This document shows positions 1-14,435 of a DNA stretch of 60,000 nt, piece by piece. The notes below the pieces were generated by a model, which saw only the letters and a list, made by a program, of their open reading frames with translations, made no database searches and had not been told where the DNA came from. Within the stretch, counting starts at the first letter, position 1. Each line of letters starts with the position of its first letter. Origin of the DNA: Laetmonice hystrix (taxonomy: Eukaryota); the NCBI GenBank assembly GCA_965235115.1, contig OZ249436.1, positions 6,760,001-6,820,000 on the forward strand. The letters are read 5' to 3'. The position numbers and the translations under genes are program-made.

Positions 1-1335
1 ATATCAGCCTATGTCTAAACCCTGGGTGCCAGATTGCACTTATACGACCCTGGCCATGTGTTTTTGTATACTGATGGCACGTGGACTTCTGAGAATATTT
101 TCCGAATACTGATACGCGCTTAGCTGTTCTCACCAAGCAAAACACGGTCTTGGGCACCATCAGGTGTCACTTCCAATATAAATAATTTCTTCTTGCTCAG
201 TTTATACAGGAAATCACCCGTGCTCTGGAGGCAGTAGAGATCTTCTGAAAAAGACGATGACGTCAAATATAGCGCGCATGCTGGTTGAAATATCTTCATG
301 ATTGTGACGTTGGATTGACGAGTATATGATCATGATTATTGGCACGTAGTGACAGCGGGGCTGATCGTCCTCGTGCCCACATAACAACACGTTGTTGTAC
401 AGGTGGACGTTTTCACACTAACAATTAACCCATGAACAGTGCCATGGGGAGTCGGTGAGTTCCCTTGAGAATGTGTGCGCTTGTTAACGACTGTTTCCTA
501 TCCTGCAAACCTACTCAACACGATCGGATTTGGGAATCACTAAATTTCCAAATAAGAATAAATACAAGCACTTCATACAATTTTAACCTCTAACCCGGAT
601 TGTTCACAGTTTCCTCCAGAATTGCGGATCAGTTAAGAACAGCATCATGCAATATACATGATTACCATAACCTATATCTCGACCTGAATTCGGTGTAAAA
701 TTATATTTTTGTCTCACCATCAGTTTTTATAATCGACAAGATAGGATTAAATATGACACCCCATATTGTTATCAAGAGCTTCTGTTATAGGGATCTACAA
801 GTCATGTGGCAATACTTTTTGTACTTCAACAAGTTTCGCCTTAAAGATGAGAGGAGAAGCACCAGGTGGTTTATGTAATCGTCTTGAAGGACTGTGGAGG
901 ACATCCGAAAGATCTACCATCAGTCAATGGAAGAAACCTCCACTGTCGCGGTAGGTGGCCTCCGACCACATGTGGGAAGGCACACCGGTCATCGGGTGCT
1001 AATTGACCTTTCATGACCTCTCAGTGCAGACAAAGGGGGCGGCCTGACCAGGGGTCGACCCCTACCCTGGTGAATGAACGTATGGAGCTGCCATACAACC
1101 ACGTGAACGGTCGATCCACATAGTCATTTTTATTTTTCATGGTCAAGCCTACAAGTTGTGCGATATTTATAGTAAATACGGTATTACAAGTATAAGGAAG
1201 GCTGTGACGGCTCCAGCGACCACCCCCGCATACTATAGATAGATGATCTTTGAAGACTTATTAAAGACAGTAGTGGTGACAGCAAAACGTCCGACTGTAT
1301 AAGTTTATGTCGGCTCCATAAATATCAATCCTATC

Positions 1336-2642
1336 CGTCGACAGTGGCGACACCCCCGCCAGCGGCAAGGATCTCGACACGACTTCCCCGAGGACTTGAG
1401 GATCGTACTGGTGCCAGAGTCGTCGACAGTGGCGACACCCCCGCCAGCGGCAAGGATCTCGACACGACTTCCCCGAGGACTTGAGGATCGTACTGGTGCC
1501 AGAGTCGTCGACAGTGGCGACACACCCGCCAGCGGCAAGGATCTCGACACGACTTCCCCGAGGACTTGAGGATCGTACTGGTGCCAAAGTCAGAGTCGTC
1601 GACAGTGGCGACACCCCCGCCTGCGGCAAGGATCTCGACACGACTTCCCCGAGGACTTGAGGATCGTACTGGTGCCAAAGTCAGAGTCGTCGACAGTGGC
1701 GACACCCCCGCCAGCGGCAAGGATCTCGGCACGACTTCCTCGAGGACTTGAGGATCGTACTGGTGCCAGAGTCGTCGACAGTGGCGACACCCCCGCCAGC
1801 GGCAAGGATCTCGGCACGACTTCCTCGAGGACTTGAGGATCGTACTGGTGCCAGAGTCGTCGACAGTGGCGACACCCCCGCCTGCGGCAAGGATCTCGGC
1901 ACGACTTCCTCGAGGACTTGAGGATCGTACTGGTGCCAGAGTCGTCGACAGTGGCGACACCCCCGCCTGCGGCAAGGATCTCGGCACGACTTCCTCGAGG
2001 ACTTGAGGATCGTACTGGTGCCAGAGTCGTCGACAGTGGCGACACCCCCGCCAGCGGCAAGGATCTCGACATGACTTCCCCGAGGACTTGAGGATCGTAC
2101 TGGTGGCAGAGTTGGAGTCGTCGACAGTGGCGACACCCCCGCCAGCGGCAAGGATCTCGACACGACTTCCCCGAGGACTTGAGGATCGTACTGGTGCCAG
2201 AGTCGTCGACAGTGGCGACACCCCCGCCTGCGGCAAGGATCTCGACATGACTTCCCCGAGGACTTGAGGATCGTACTGGTGCCAGAGTCGTCGACAGTGG
2301 CGACACCCCCGCCTGCGGCAAGGATCTCGACACGACTTCCCCGAGGACTTGAGGATCGTACTAGTGCCAAAGTCAGAGTCGTCGACAGTGGCGACACCCC
2401 CGCCTGCGGCAAGGATCTCGACATGACTTCCCCGAGGACTTGAGGATCGTACTGGTGCCAGAGTCGTCGACAGTGGCGACACCCCCGCCAGCGGCAAGGA
2501 TCTCGACACGACTTCCCCGAGGACTTGAGGATCGTACCGGTTCCAGAGTCAGAGTCGTCGACAGTGGCGACACCCCGCCAGCGGCAAGGATCTCGACTAC
2601 GACTTCCCCGAGGACTTGAGGATCGTACTGGTGCCAGAGTCG
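1336..2642. repeat. Minisatellite, 85-bp unit (91-bp variants), about 15 copies
   Basis: Unit GAGTCGTCGACAGTGGCGACACCCCCGCCAGCGGCAAGGATCTCGACACGACTTCCCCGAGGACTTGAGGATCGTACTGGTGCCA repeats head-to-tail. The minus-strand ORFs in all three frames are by-products of it. Confidence 0.97.
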
Positions 2643-2879
2643 CTGTATGCAATCCGTGGTCGCACTGTCGTGATCTCTGACATCGTCTTCATGATAATAA
2701 TATTGGTATGAAGGCCATGTGGTATGTGCGTGTATGTATGAGGTCATGTACGACGTGTGTGTGAGTGTCTTGAATCAAGAGGGTACATGTATTTTGACTT
2801 TCTCGTACTCAGGTCAGACGTAATAAATACATGTAAAATATTCATGTCTTCCCTCCCGGAGGCCCATAGCGAGAGGGAT

Positions 2880-4278
2880 ACAGACTGAGGATACGAATCG
2901 TGTTGGTCAGATCGAGTCAGCCAGTCACAGTTACCATACAGACTGAGTAAACGAATCGTGTTGGTCAGACCGAGTCAGCCAGTCACAGTTACAGACTGAG
3001 TGAACGAATCGTGTTGGTCAGACCGAGTCAGCCAGTCACAGTTACAGACTGAGTGAACGAATCGTGTTGGTCAGACCGAGTCAGCCAGTCACAGTTACAG
3101 ACTGAGTGAACGAATCGTGTTGGTCAGACCGAGTCAGCCAGTCACAGTTACAGACTGAGTGAACGAATCGTGTTGGTCAGACCGAGTCAGCCAGTCACAG
3201 TTACAGACTGAGTAAACGAATCGTGTTGGTCAGACCGAGTCAGCCAGTCACAGTTACAGACTGAGTAAACGAATCGTGTTGGTCAGATCGAGTCAGCCAG
3301 TCACAGTTACAGACTGAGTAAACGAATCGTGTTGGTCAGATCGAGTCAGCCAGTCACAGTTACCATACAGACTGAGTAAACGAATGGTGTTGGTCAGATC
3401 GAGTCAGCCAGTCACAGTTACAGACTGAGTAAACGAATCGTGTTGGTCAGATCGAGTCAGCCAGTCACAGTTACAGACTGAGTAAACGAATCGTGTTGGT
3501 CAGATCGAGTCAGCCAGTCACAGTTACCATACAGACTGAGTAAACGAATCGTGTTGGTCAGATCGAGTCAGCCAGTCACAGTTACAGTCTGAGTAAACGA
3601 ATCGTGTTGGTCAGATCGAGTCAGCCAGTCACAGTTACAGACTGAGTAAACGAATCGTGTTGGTCAGATCGAGTCAGCCAGTCACAGTTACAGACTGAGT
3701 AAACGAATCGTGTTGGTCAGATCGAGTCAGCCAGTCACAGTTACAGACTGAGTAAACGAATCGTGTTGGTCAGATCGAGTCAGCCAGTCACAGTTACCAT
3801 ACAGACTGAGTAAACGAATCGTGTTGGTCAGATCGAGTCAGCCAGTCACAGTTACAGACTGAGTAAACGAATCGTGTTGGTCAGATCGAGTCAGCCAGTC
3901 ACAGTTACAGACTGAGTAAACGAATCGTGTTGGTCAGATCGAGTCAGCCAGTCACAGTGACAGACTGAGTAAACGAATCGTGTTGGTCAGATCGAGTCAG
4001 CCAGTCACAGTTACAGACTGAGTAAACGAATCGTGTTGGTCAGATCGAGTCAGCCAGTCACAGTTACAGACTGAGTAAACGAATCGTGTTGGTCAGATCG
4101 AGTCAGCCAGTCACAGTTACAGACTGAGTAAACGAATCGTGTTGGTCAGATCGAGTCAGCCAGTCACAGTTACAGACTGAGTAAACGAATCGTGTTGGTC
4201 AGATCGAGTCAGCCAGTCACATTTACAGACTGAGTAAACGAATCGTGTTGGTCAGATCGGTTCAGCCAGTCACAGTTA
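2880..4278. repeat. Minisatellite, 53-bp unit (58-bp variants with a CCATA insertion), about 26 copies
   Basis: Unit CAGACTGAGTAAACGAATCGTGTTGGTCAGATCGAGTCAGCCAGTCACAGTTA in tandem, with no unique spacers. Confidence 0.97.
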
Positions 4279-4648
4279 ACTCCAGGTTTGTGATTGATTA
4301 CAAGCCTTCAGGTGTTGTACGTCTCAGTCTACCCACTTTGATCTTTTATACGAAACATATGCTTTGACATTTAGTGGAGCTGGAACGCCCTTTGATTTTC
4401 CCAGGGGTATGGGGTATTATATAGCCACGCCATGCAGGAGAGGGCAAAGTGGCATGAGAATGGAAGGGTAAATTACAGTATTTAGTGGGATGTTGGTTAT
4501 GGCAAGTCATGTGAATGCCATGAAGTGAGTGAAAGGTATTCTGACAGAATGATTATGATATCGGTAAATATGGAGCAACCTCTCGCACACCTGTACCCCA
4601 GCCTGACCTCCACCACCAGCGTCTGGTCAGGCTGATACAGTCACATCG

Positions 4649-4952
4649 CCTATAGTGGACTGGAGGCAGAGGGTGAGTCCAGCGGTTGGGTGGCCCATAC
4701 ATGCCTCCATGGGCGTTTACCGACACCTATAGTGGACTGGAGGCAGAGGGTGAGTCCAGCGATTGGGTGGCCCATACATGCCTCCATGGGCCTTCACCGA
4801 CACCTATAGTGGACTGGAGGCAGAGGGTGAGTCCAGCGGTTGGGTGGCCCATACATGCCTCCATGGGCGTTCACCGACACCTATAGTGGACTGGAGGCAG
4901 AGGGTGAGTCCAGCAGTTGGGTGGCCCATGCATGCCTCCATGGGCGTTCACG
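4649..4952. repeat. Tandem repeat, 77-bp unit, 4 copies
   Basis: CCTATAGTGGACTGGAGGCAGAGGGTGAGTCC... recurs at about 4649, 4726, 4803 and 4880. Confidence 0.95.
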
Positions 4953-5888
4953 ATATCAATTATGTAAAGGAGTCGCCATAGATGTAGCCAAATACAACGG
5001 GAAGACCGTACCAACCTAAACCTGCATACAGGTCACAATTCTTTCTGGTAAAATTGCGGACTTTTCCTAATTATTTAAATCTATGGAAATGGATTATCGC
5101 GGGAGAATTATTCCGAGTTCCGTTCTACATGATGAGTGTTAATGATTGTATCTATCAGCTGATTTCCCATGAGAAGTTCAGCCCGGCAGAGAGTGTCCCT
5201 TTAAGGGTGCACGGTTCCAGAGGCGTGTGCCGGTTGGTGCAGGAGGACAGTGCCAAGCGGGCTGGTCTGGGATCGGGACCGACACCTCAGGACCGGGTCG
5301 GTCCGCCAAACACACGTGTATACTGCTCCTACCCGGACACACACTTCACGCCGTCACCAACATCACAGTATGTGTCAGCTAATACGTCATGAGGTGGTCA
5401 GACACAACACATCGGTCCGTTATAGGTGACCGGATAAATTGACAATCCGATTAATCTCGGCAGATCTCAGATATTTCCAGCGAATATAGCACAACAATTA
5501 GAGTAGCGTGAAGGGATACAACATATCATCCAACCACACACCTTGAGGCATTAGAACCTTTCGTTTTTGTGTGCGAGTCAACGGGACCTGCCTGTGAGCC
5601 ATCACAGACGTTGTACATGCTTTGATTCACTGAAACCTAGGGACATTGTGGTTTCTCATCTATTGTCTTTGTATAAAGATACAGGTGCAGTTTTATGTAG
5701 GTTAAAACATATCAGGGCGGATATTACATATATATGACTCTTGTTACTGGTGTCATGAGGTTGGCAGGTAACCCAGTGCAGTACGTGATGAACACCGCGC
5801 CACACATCATGGCGGCAAATATATACAGCTCGAAATCCCGACAGATTCTAGTGGCAAATCACAGGACTTTACCCACGAGTGGCAAATC

Positions 5889-8800
5889 TTACCCCAGCCG
5901 CACATCCCGACAGCCTACCCCGGCCGCACATCCCGCCAGCCTACCCCGGCCACACATCCCGCCAGCCTACCCCGGCCACACATCCCGCCAGCCTACCCCG
6001 GCCACACATCCCGCCAGCCTACCCCGGCCACACATCCCGCCAGCCTACCCCGGCCACACATCCCGCCAGCCTACCCCGGCCACACATCCCGCCAGCCTAC
6101 CCCGGCCGCACATCCCGCCAGCCTACCCCGGCCACACATCCCGCCAGCCTACCCCGGCCACACATCCCGCCAGCCTACCCCGGCCACACATCCCGCCAGC
6201 CTACCCCGGCCACACATCCCGCCAGCCTACCACCCCGGCCACACATCCCGCCAGCCTACCACCCCGGCCACACATCCCGCCAGCCTACCACCCCGGCCAC
6301 ACATCCCGCCAGCCTACCCCGGCCACACATCCCGACAGCCTACCCCGGCCACACATCCCGCCAGCCTACCACCCCGGCCACACATCCCGCCAGCCTACCA
6401 CCCCGGCCACACATCCCGCCAGCCTACCACCCCGGCCACACATCCCGCCAGCCTACCCCGGCCACACATCCCGCCAGCCTACCCCGGCCACACATCCCGC
6501 CAGCCTACCCCGGCCACACATCCCGCCAGCCTACCCCGGCCACACATCCCGCCAGCCTACCACCCCGGCCACACATCCCGCCAGCCTACCACCCCGGCCA
6601 CACATCCCGCCAGCCTACCACCCCGGCCACACATCCCGCCAGCCTACCCCGGCCACACATCCCGACAGCCTACCCCGGCCACACATCCCGCCAGCCTACC
6701 ACCCCGGCCACACATCCCGCCAGCCTACCACCCCGGCCACACATCCCGCCAGCCTACCACCCCGGCCACACATCCCGCCAGCCTACCCCGGCCACACATC
6801 CCGCCAGCCTACCACCCCGGCCACACATCCCGCCAGCCTACCACCCCAGCCACACATCCCGACAGCCTACCCCGGCCACACATCCCGCCAGCCTACCGCC
6901 CCGGCCACACATCCCGCCAGCCTACCACCCCGGCCACACATCCCGCCAGCCTACCCCGGCCACACATCCCGCCAGCCTACCGTAGCCTACCCCGGCCACA
7001 CATCCCGCCAGCCTACCGCCCCGGCCACACATCCCGCCAGCCTACCACCCCGGCCACACATCCCGCCAGCCTACCACCCTGGCCACACATCCCGCCAGCC
7101 TACCCCGGCCACACATCCCGCCAGCCTACCACCCCGGCCACACATCCCGCCAGCCTACCCCGGCCACACATCCCGCCAGCCTACCCCGGCCACACATCCC
7201 GCCAGCCTACCCCGGCCACACATCCCGCCAGCCTACCACCCCGGCCACACATCCCGCCGGCCTACCACCCCGGCCACACATCCCGCCAGCCTACCCCGGC
7301 CACACATCCCGCCAGCCTACCACCCCGGCCACACATCCCGCCAGCCTACCACCCCGGCCACACATCCCGCCAGCCTACCACCCCGGCCACACATCCCGCC
7401 AGCCTACCACCCCGGCCACACATCCCGCCAGCCTACCACCCCGGCCACACATCCCGCCAGCCTACCACCCCGGCCACACATCCCGCCAGCCTACCACCCC
7501 GGCCACACATCCCGCCAGCCTACCCCGGCCACACATCCCGCCAGCCTACCACCCCGGCCACACATCCTGCCAGCCTACCCCGGCCACACATCCCGCCAGC
7601 CTACCACCCCGGCCACACATCCCGCCAGCCTACCACCCCGGCCACACATCCCGCCAGCCTACCCCGGCCACACATCCCGCCAGCCTACCACCCCGGCCAC
7701 ACATCCCGCCAGCCTACCCCGGCCACACATCCCGCCAGCCTACCACCCCGGCCACACATCCCGCCAGCCTACCACCCCGGCCACACATCCCGCCAGCCTA
7801 CCCCGGCCACACATCCCGCCAGCCTACCCCGGCCACACATCCCGCCAGCCTACCACCCCGGCCACACATCCCGCCGGCCTACCACCCCGGCCACACATCC
7901 CGCCAGCCTACCCCGGCCACACATCCCGCCAGCCTACCCCGGCCACACATCCCGCCAGCCTACCACCCCGGCCACACATCCCGCCAGCCTACCACCCCGG
8001 CCACACATCCCGCCAGCCTACCACCCCGGCCACACATCCCGCCAGCCTACCACCCCGGCCACACATCCCGCCAGCCTACCACCCCGGCCACACATCCCGC
8101 CAGCCTACCACCCCGGCCACACATCCCGCCAGCCTACCACCCCGGCCACACATCCCGCCAGCCTACCCCGGCCACACATCCCGCCAGCCTACCACCCCGG
8201 CCACACATCCCGCCAGCCTACCACCCCGGCCACACATCCCGCCAGCCTACCCCGGCCACACATCCCGCCAGCCTACCCCGGCCACACATCCCGCCAGCCT
8301 ACCCCGGCCACACATCCCGCCAGCCTACCCCGGCCACACATCCCGCCAGCCTACCACCCCGGCCACACATCCCGCCAGCCTACCCCGGCCACACATCCCG
8401 CCAGCCTACCCCGGCCACACATCCCGCCAGCCTACCACCCCGGCCACACATCCCGCCAGCCTACCCCGGCCACACATCCCGCCAGCCTACCCCGGCCACA
8501 CATCCCGCCAGCCTACCACCCCGGCCACACATCCCGCCAGCCTACCCCGGCCACACATCCCGCCAGCCTACCCCGGCCACACATCCCGCCAGCCTACCCC
8601 GGCCACACATTCCGACAGCCTACCCCGGCCACACATCCCGCCAGCCTACCCCGGCCACACATCCCGCCAGCCTACCCCGGCCACACATCCCGCCAGCCTA
8701 CCCCGGCCACACATCCCGCCAGCCTACCCCGGCCACACATCCCGACAGCCTACCCCGGCCACACATCCCGCCAGCCTACCACCCCGGCCACACATCCCGC

Positions 8801-11800
8801 CAGCCTACCACCCCGGCCACACATCCCGCCAGCCTACCACCCCGGCCACACATCCCGCCAGCCTACCACCCCGGCCACACATCCCGCCAGCCTACCACCC
8901 CGGCCACACATCCCGCCAGCCTACCACCCCGGCCACAATCCCGCCAGCCTACCCCGGCCACACATCCCGCCAGCCTACCACCCCGGCCACACATCCCGCC
9001 AGCCTACCCCGGCCACACATCCCGCCAGCCTACCCCGGCCACACATCCCGCCAGCCTACCGTAGCCTACCCCGGCCACACATCCCGCCAGCCTACCCCGG
9101 CCACACATCCCGCCAGCCTACCCCGGCCACACATCCCGCCAGCCTACCGTAGCCTACCCCGGCCACACATCCCGCCAGCCTACCCCGGCCACACATCCCG
9201 CCAGCCTACCCCGGCCACACATCCCGCCAGCCTACCGTAGCCTACCCCGGCCACACATCCCGCCAGCCTACCCCGGCCACACATCCCGCCAGCCTACCAC
9301 CCCGGCCACACATCCCGCCAGCCTACCACCCCGGCCACACATCCCGCCAGCCTACCACCCCGGCCACACATCCCGCCAGCCTACCACCCCGGCCACACAT
9401 CCCGCCAGCCTACCACCCCGGCCACACATCCCGCCAGCCTACCCCGGCCACACATCCCGCCAGCCTACCACCCCGGCCACACATCCCGCCAGCCTACCAC
9501 CCCGGCCACACATCCCGCCAGCCTACCCCGGCCACACATCCCGCCAGCCTACCCCGGCCACACATCCCGCCAGCCTACCCCGGCCACACATCCCGCCAGC
9601 CTACCCCGGCCACACATCCCGCCAGCCTACCACCCCGGCCACACATCCCGCCAGCCTACCCCGGCCACACATCCCGCCAGCCTACCCCGGCCACACATCC
9701 CGCCAGCCTACCACCCCGGCCACACATCCCGCCAGCCTACCCCGGCCACACATCCCGCCAGCCTACCCCGGCCACACATCCCGCCAGCCTACCACCCCGG
9801 CCACACATCCCGCCAGCCTACCCCGGCCACACATCCCGCCAGCCTACCCCGGCCACACATCCCGCCAGCCTACCCCGGCCACACATTCCGACAGCCTACC
9901 CCGGCCACACATCCCGCCAGCCTACCCCGGCCACACATCCCGCCAGCCTACCCCGGCCACACATCCCGCCAGCCTACCCCGGCCACACATCCCGCCAGCC
10001 TACCCCGGCCACACATCCCGACAGCCTACCCCGGCCACACATCCCGCCAGCCTACCGCCCCGGCCACACATCCCGCCAGCCTACCCCGGCCACACATCCC
10101 GCCAGCCTACCACCCGGGCCACACATCCCGCCAGCCTACCGTAGCCTACCCCGGCCACACATCCCGCCAGCCTACCCCGGCCACACATCCCGCCAGCCTA
10201 CCACCCCGGCCACACATCCTGCCAGCCTACCCCGGCCACACATCCCGCCAGCCTACCACCCCGGCCACACATCCCGCCAGCCTACCACCCCGGCCACACA
10301 TCCCGCCAGCCTACCACCCCGGCCACACATCCCGCCAGCCTACCACCCCGGCCACACATCCCGCCAGCCTACCACCCCGGCCACACATCCCGCCAGCCTA
10401 CCACCCCGGCCACACATCCCGCCAGCCTACCCCGGCCACACATCCCGCCAGCCTACCCCGGCCACACATCCCGCCAGCCTACCACCCCGGCCACACATCC
10501 CGCCAGCCTACCACCCCGGCCACACATCCCGCCAGCCTACCACCCCGGCCACACATCCCGCCAGCCTACCACCCCGGCCACACATCCCGCCAGCCTACCA
10601 CCCCGGCCACACATCCCGCCAGCCTACCACCCCGGCCACAATCCCGCCAGCCTACCCCGGCCACACATCCCGCCAGCCTACCACCCCGGCCACACATCCC
10701 GCCAGTCTACCCCGGCCACACATCCCGCCAGCCTACCCCGGCCACACATCCCGCCAGCCTACCGTAGCCTACCCCGGCCACACATCCCGCCAGCCTACCA
10801 CCCCGGCCACACATCCCGCCAGCCTACCACCCCGGCCACCCATCCCGCCAGCCTACCACCCCGGCCACACATCCCGCCAGCCTACCACCCCGGCCACACA
10901 TCCCGCCAGCCTACCACCCCGGCCACACATCCCGCCAGCCTACCACCCCGGCCACAATCCCGCCAGCCTACCCCGGCCACACATCCCGCCAGCCTACCAC
11001 CCCGGCCACACATCCCGCCAGCCTACCCCGGCCACACATCCCGCCAGCCTACCCCGGCCACACATCCCGCCAGCCTACCGTAGCCTACCCCGGCCACACA
11101 TCCCGCCAGCCTACCCCGGCCACACATCCCGCCAGCCTACCCCGGCCACACATCCCGCCAGCCTACCCCGGCCACACATCCCGCCAGCCTACCACCCCGG
11201 CCACACATCCTGCCAGCCTACCCCGGCCACACATCCCGCCAGCCTACCCCGGCCACACATCCCGCCAGCCTACCACCCTGGCCACACATCCCGCCAGCCT
11301 ACCCCGGCCACACATCCCGCCAGCCTACCACCCCGGCCACACATCCCGCCAGCCTACCCCGGCCACACATCCCGCCAGTCTACCACCCCGGCCACACATC
11401 CCGCCAGCCTACCACCCCGGCCACACATCCCGCCAGCCTACCCCGGCCACACATCCCGCCAGCCTACCACCCCGGCCACACATCCCGCCAGCCTACCCCG
11501 GCCACACATCCCGCCAGCCTACCACCCCGGCCACACATCCCGCCAGCCTACCACCCCGGCCTCACATCCCGCCAGCCTACCACCCCGGCCACACATCCCG
11601 CCAGCCTACCACCCCGGCCACACATCCCGCCAGCCTACCACCCCGGCCACACATCCCGCCAGCCTACCCCGACCACACATCCCGCCAGCCTACCACCCCG
11701 GCCACACATCCCGCCAGCCTACCCCGGCCACACCTCCCGCCAGCCTACCCCGGCCACACATCCCGCCAGCCTACCACCCCGGCCACACATCCCACCAGCC

Positions 11801-12449
11801 TACCACCCCGGCCACACATCCCGCCAGCCTACCCCGGCCACACATCCCGCTAGCCTACCCCGGCCACACATCCCGCCAGCCTACCACCCCGGCCACACAT
11901 CCCGCCAACCTACCACCCCGGCCACACATCCCGCCAGCCTACCACCCCGGCCACACATCCCGCCAGCCTACCACCCCGGCCACACATCCCGCCAGCCTAC
12001 CACCCCGGCCACACATCCCGCCAGCCTACCCCGGCCACACATCCCGCCAGCCTACCCCAGCCACACATCCCGCCAGCCTACCCCGGCCACACATCCCGCC
12101 AGCCTACCACCCCGGCCACACATCCCGCCAGCCTACCCCGGCCACACATCCCGCCAGCCTACCCCAGCCACACATCCCGCCAGCCTACCCCGGCCACACA
12201 TCCCGCCAGCCTACTCCGGCCACACATCCCGCCAGCCTACCCCGGCCACACATCCCGCCAGCCTACCACCCCGGCCACACATCCCGCCAGCCTACCACCC
12301 CGGCCACACATCCCGCCAGCCTACCACCCCGGCCACACATCCCGCCAGCCTACCACCCCGGCCACACATCCCGCCAGCCTACCACCCCGGCCACACATCC
12401 CGCCAGCCTACCACCCCGGCCACACATCCCGCCAGCCTACCACCCCGGC
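5889..12449. repeat. Large C-rich minisatellite, 26/29-bp units, about 6.5 kb
   Basis: Unit CTAC(CAC)CCCGGCCACACATCCCGCCAGC repeated roughly 240 times. The 1168-aa and 368-aa Pro/His ORFs are translations of this array. Confidence 0.98.
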
Positions 12450-12729
12450 GCACGTCTCGGCGGCACACCCCGATGGCACGTACCAATGGCCGGCACGTCG
12501 CTGTATGTCTGACGATCGGTGTCACCCTCACACACAGGACCAGGCGGCCGACACCTTCCTACATCCATACCTGTACGTGTTAGACCAAGGATCACATCTA
12601 AAAGTGATCCATGATGTGCCTTGTCATACAGGAGCCAGGTGTTGTCATGACCATGCTCCCTGACCACACCAACCGGTCAATATTTACACGACCGCCCAGC
12701 CCACGATTGTCCACGGTATAAACAATGAC

Positions 12730-12790
12730 CAAATCATGACGACCTTTGTTTAAATCATGACCTTTGTTTAAATCATGACGACCTTTGTTT
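12730..12790. repeat. Short tandem repeat AAATCATGAC(GAC)CTTTGTTT, 3 copies
   Basis: Direct inspection. Confidence 0.8.
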
Positions 12791-13984
12791 GCCTTGCGCT
12801 GTCCTCTTCTGACATAGACGAGCGGTGAAAGGGACAGAGCCTGACAGGATCATGGCTCCGTGATGAGCTGTCTGGGACAGATCACTTTGATTGATATGAG
12901 TAAATGTCGGCCATATGTCTGCCGCCGTCACAAAACTAAATAGCCACAGGATATGGATTTATCTAACATCATTATTAATGCATAAATCTGTGTATGACTT
13001 CTCAACGGATGGAGTATAGGCCTATACATTGTAATGAACGCAGGAAGTAAATCTCAGAATAATATTAACACCGACAGAAAAAAAAGGCGCGAATCGTGTG
13101 AACAATTACACAATTGTTTGTCCCTGAGTACGGGCACTCGAGGGGACTCCGCCCATGTTACCACGACAACAGTTCTCATCAAACCCAGCCTCTAAATGTG
13201 TCAATCAGGCCCTGGAGGAGACACAAATAACGTCAAGTAAACAAGTAAATAAACGTCACTGAAAGACAATCGCTGAGCCCTGTGGGACGTGGTGGGACGA
13301 GACGACCTGAGTCTGTAAGCCGATCAGTGGGATGCCACCTAACCTATCCCACATCTCACGAGGGGGTTCGGTCTTTTTCTTCCTCTCCTCGACACGTGCC
13401 AGAGCTCGCCTTCCCTTGTACTTTTTCTAGTCTTCCCTTCTACACGTTTTTTTTTTCGTGATGCTAGGTACAAAGGAGTTTGAACAAATCCTTAGAACTA
13501 ATTTTTCCTCTAACTTCAACGTCTATTGCAATACTCCGCAGTCCTCAATGGTGAGTAGAGTTCAATGGTGAGTAGAAAGGTTCATTATGCGGACGATTAA
13601 CTATTTGTCTAATGACCGGATATACCGGCCAGTACAGCCATGTCAAGATGTTAGTTCATTTGTTTCACGGGAATGATAGGTGTTGGTGTGGAGGATGGCA
13701 GATTCCTCACGTTGTTTACTCCGGCTAACATGTCAACAATGTCATAATGCTCTCTCTGCGCTGCTATGTCCTCCTCACAACGCCAACCGTCGGCGCCACG
13801 TCACGTGACACCATCACGTGACCCTTCTCGCGCGATCCTCCAAACATAGCGCGGTTCTCGTTTACATGACCATCGACAACAATAGACATTGTCTTGTGCT
13901 GCTGGGAGGTTACAGCAGAAAGGTATATCAACTCGAGAGGGCGGGATTTATCAACCAGAACCCGGTCCCTATTGTTGTAAGGAC

Positions 13985-14435
13985 GAGGCTCACTCCCAGA
14001 TACAGGGTGTATAGAGAACAGAGACTCACTCCCAGATACAGGGTGTATGGAGAACAGAGGCTCACTCCCAGATACAGGGTGTATGGAGAACAGAGGCTCA
14101 CTCCCAGATACAGGGTGTATGGAGAACAGAGGCTCACTCCCAGATACAGGGTGTATAGAGAACAGAGGCTCACTCCCAGATACAGGGTGTATGGAGAACA
14201 GAGGCTCACTCCCAGATACAGGGTGTATGGAGAACAGAGGCTCACCCCCACTCCCAGATACACGGTGTATGGAGAACAGAGGCTCACTCCCAGATACACG
14301 GTGTATGGAGAACAGAGGCTCACTCCTACTCCCAGATACAGGGTGTATGGAAAACAGAGGCTCACCCCCACTCCCAGATACAGGGTGTATGGAGAACAGA
14401 GGCTCACTCCCAGATACAGGGTGTATGGAGAACAG
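13985..14435. repeat. Minisatellite, 36-bp unit (42-bp variants), about 12 copies
   Basis: GAGGCTCACTCCCAGATACAGGGTGTATGGAGAACA in tandem; it produces the 12-aa periodic ORFs on both strands. Confidence 0.96.

Noticed and set aside
1..480. Decayed transposase-like coding remnant on the minus strand
   Set aside because: Only a vague resemblance (VPSVYKNTWP), with multiple stops and no catalytic motif.
2880..4278. CRISPR array (also considered for 23256-23969 and 25120-25287)
   Set aside because: The units are contiguous with no unique spacers, there are no cas genes, and the context is eukaryotic.
5734..9240. 1168-aa Pro/His-rich ORF as a real gene
   Set aside because: It is the translation of a 26/29-bp minisatellite whose unit length is not a multiple of 3, so it cycles through all frames. 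The array continues unchanged past the stop.
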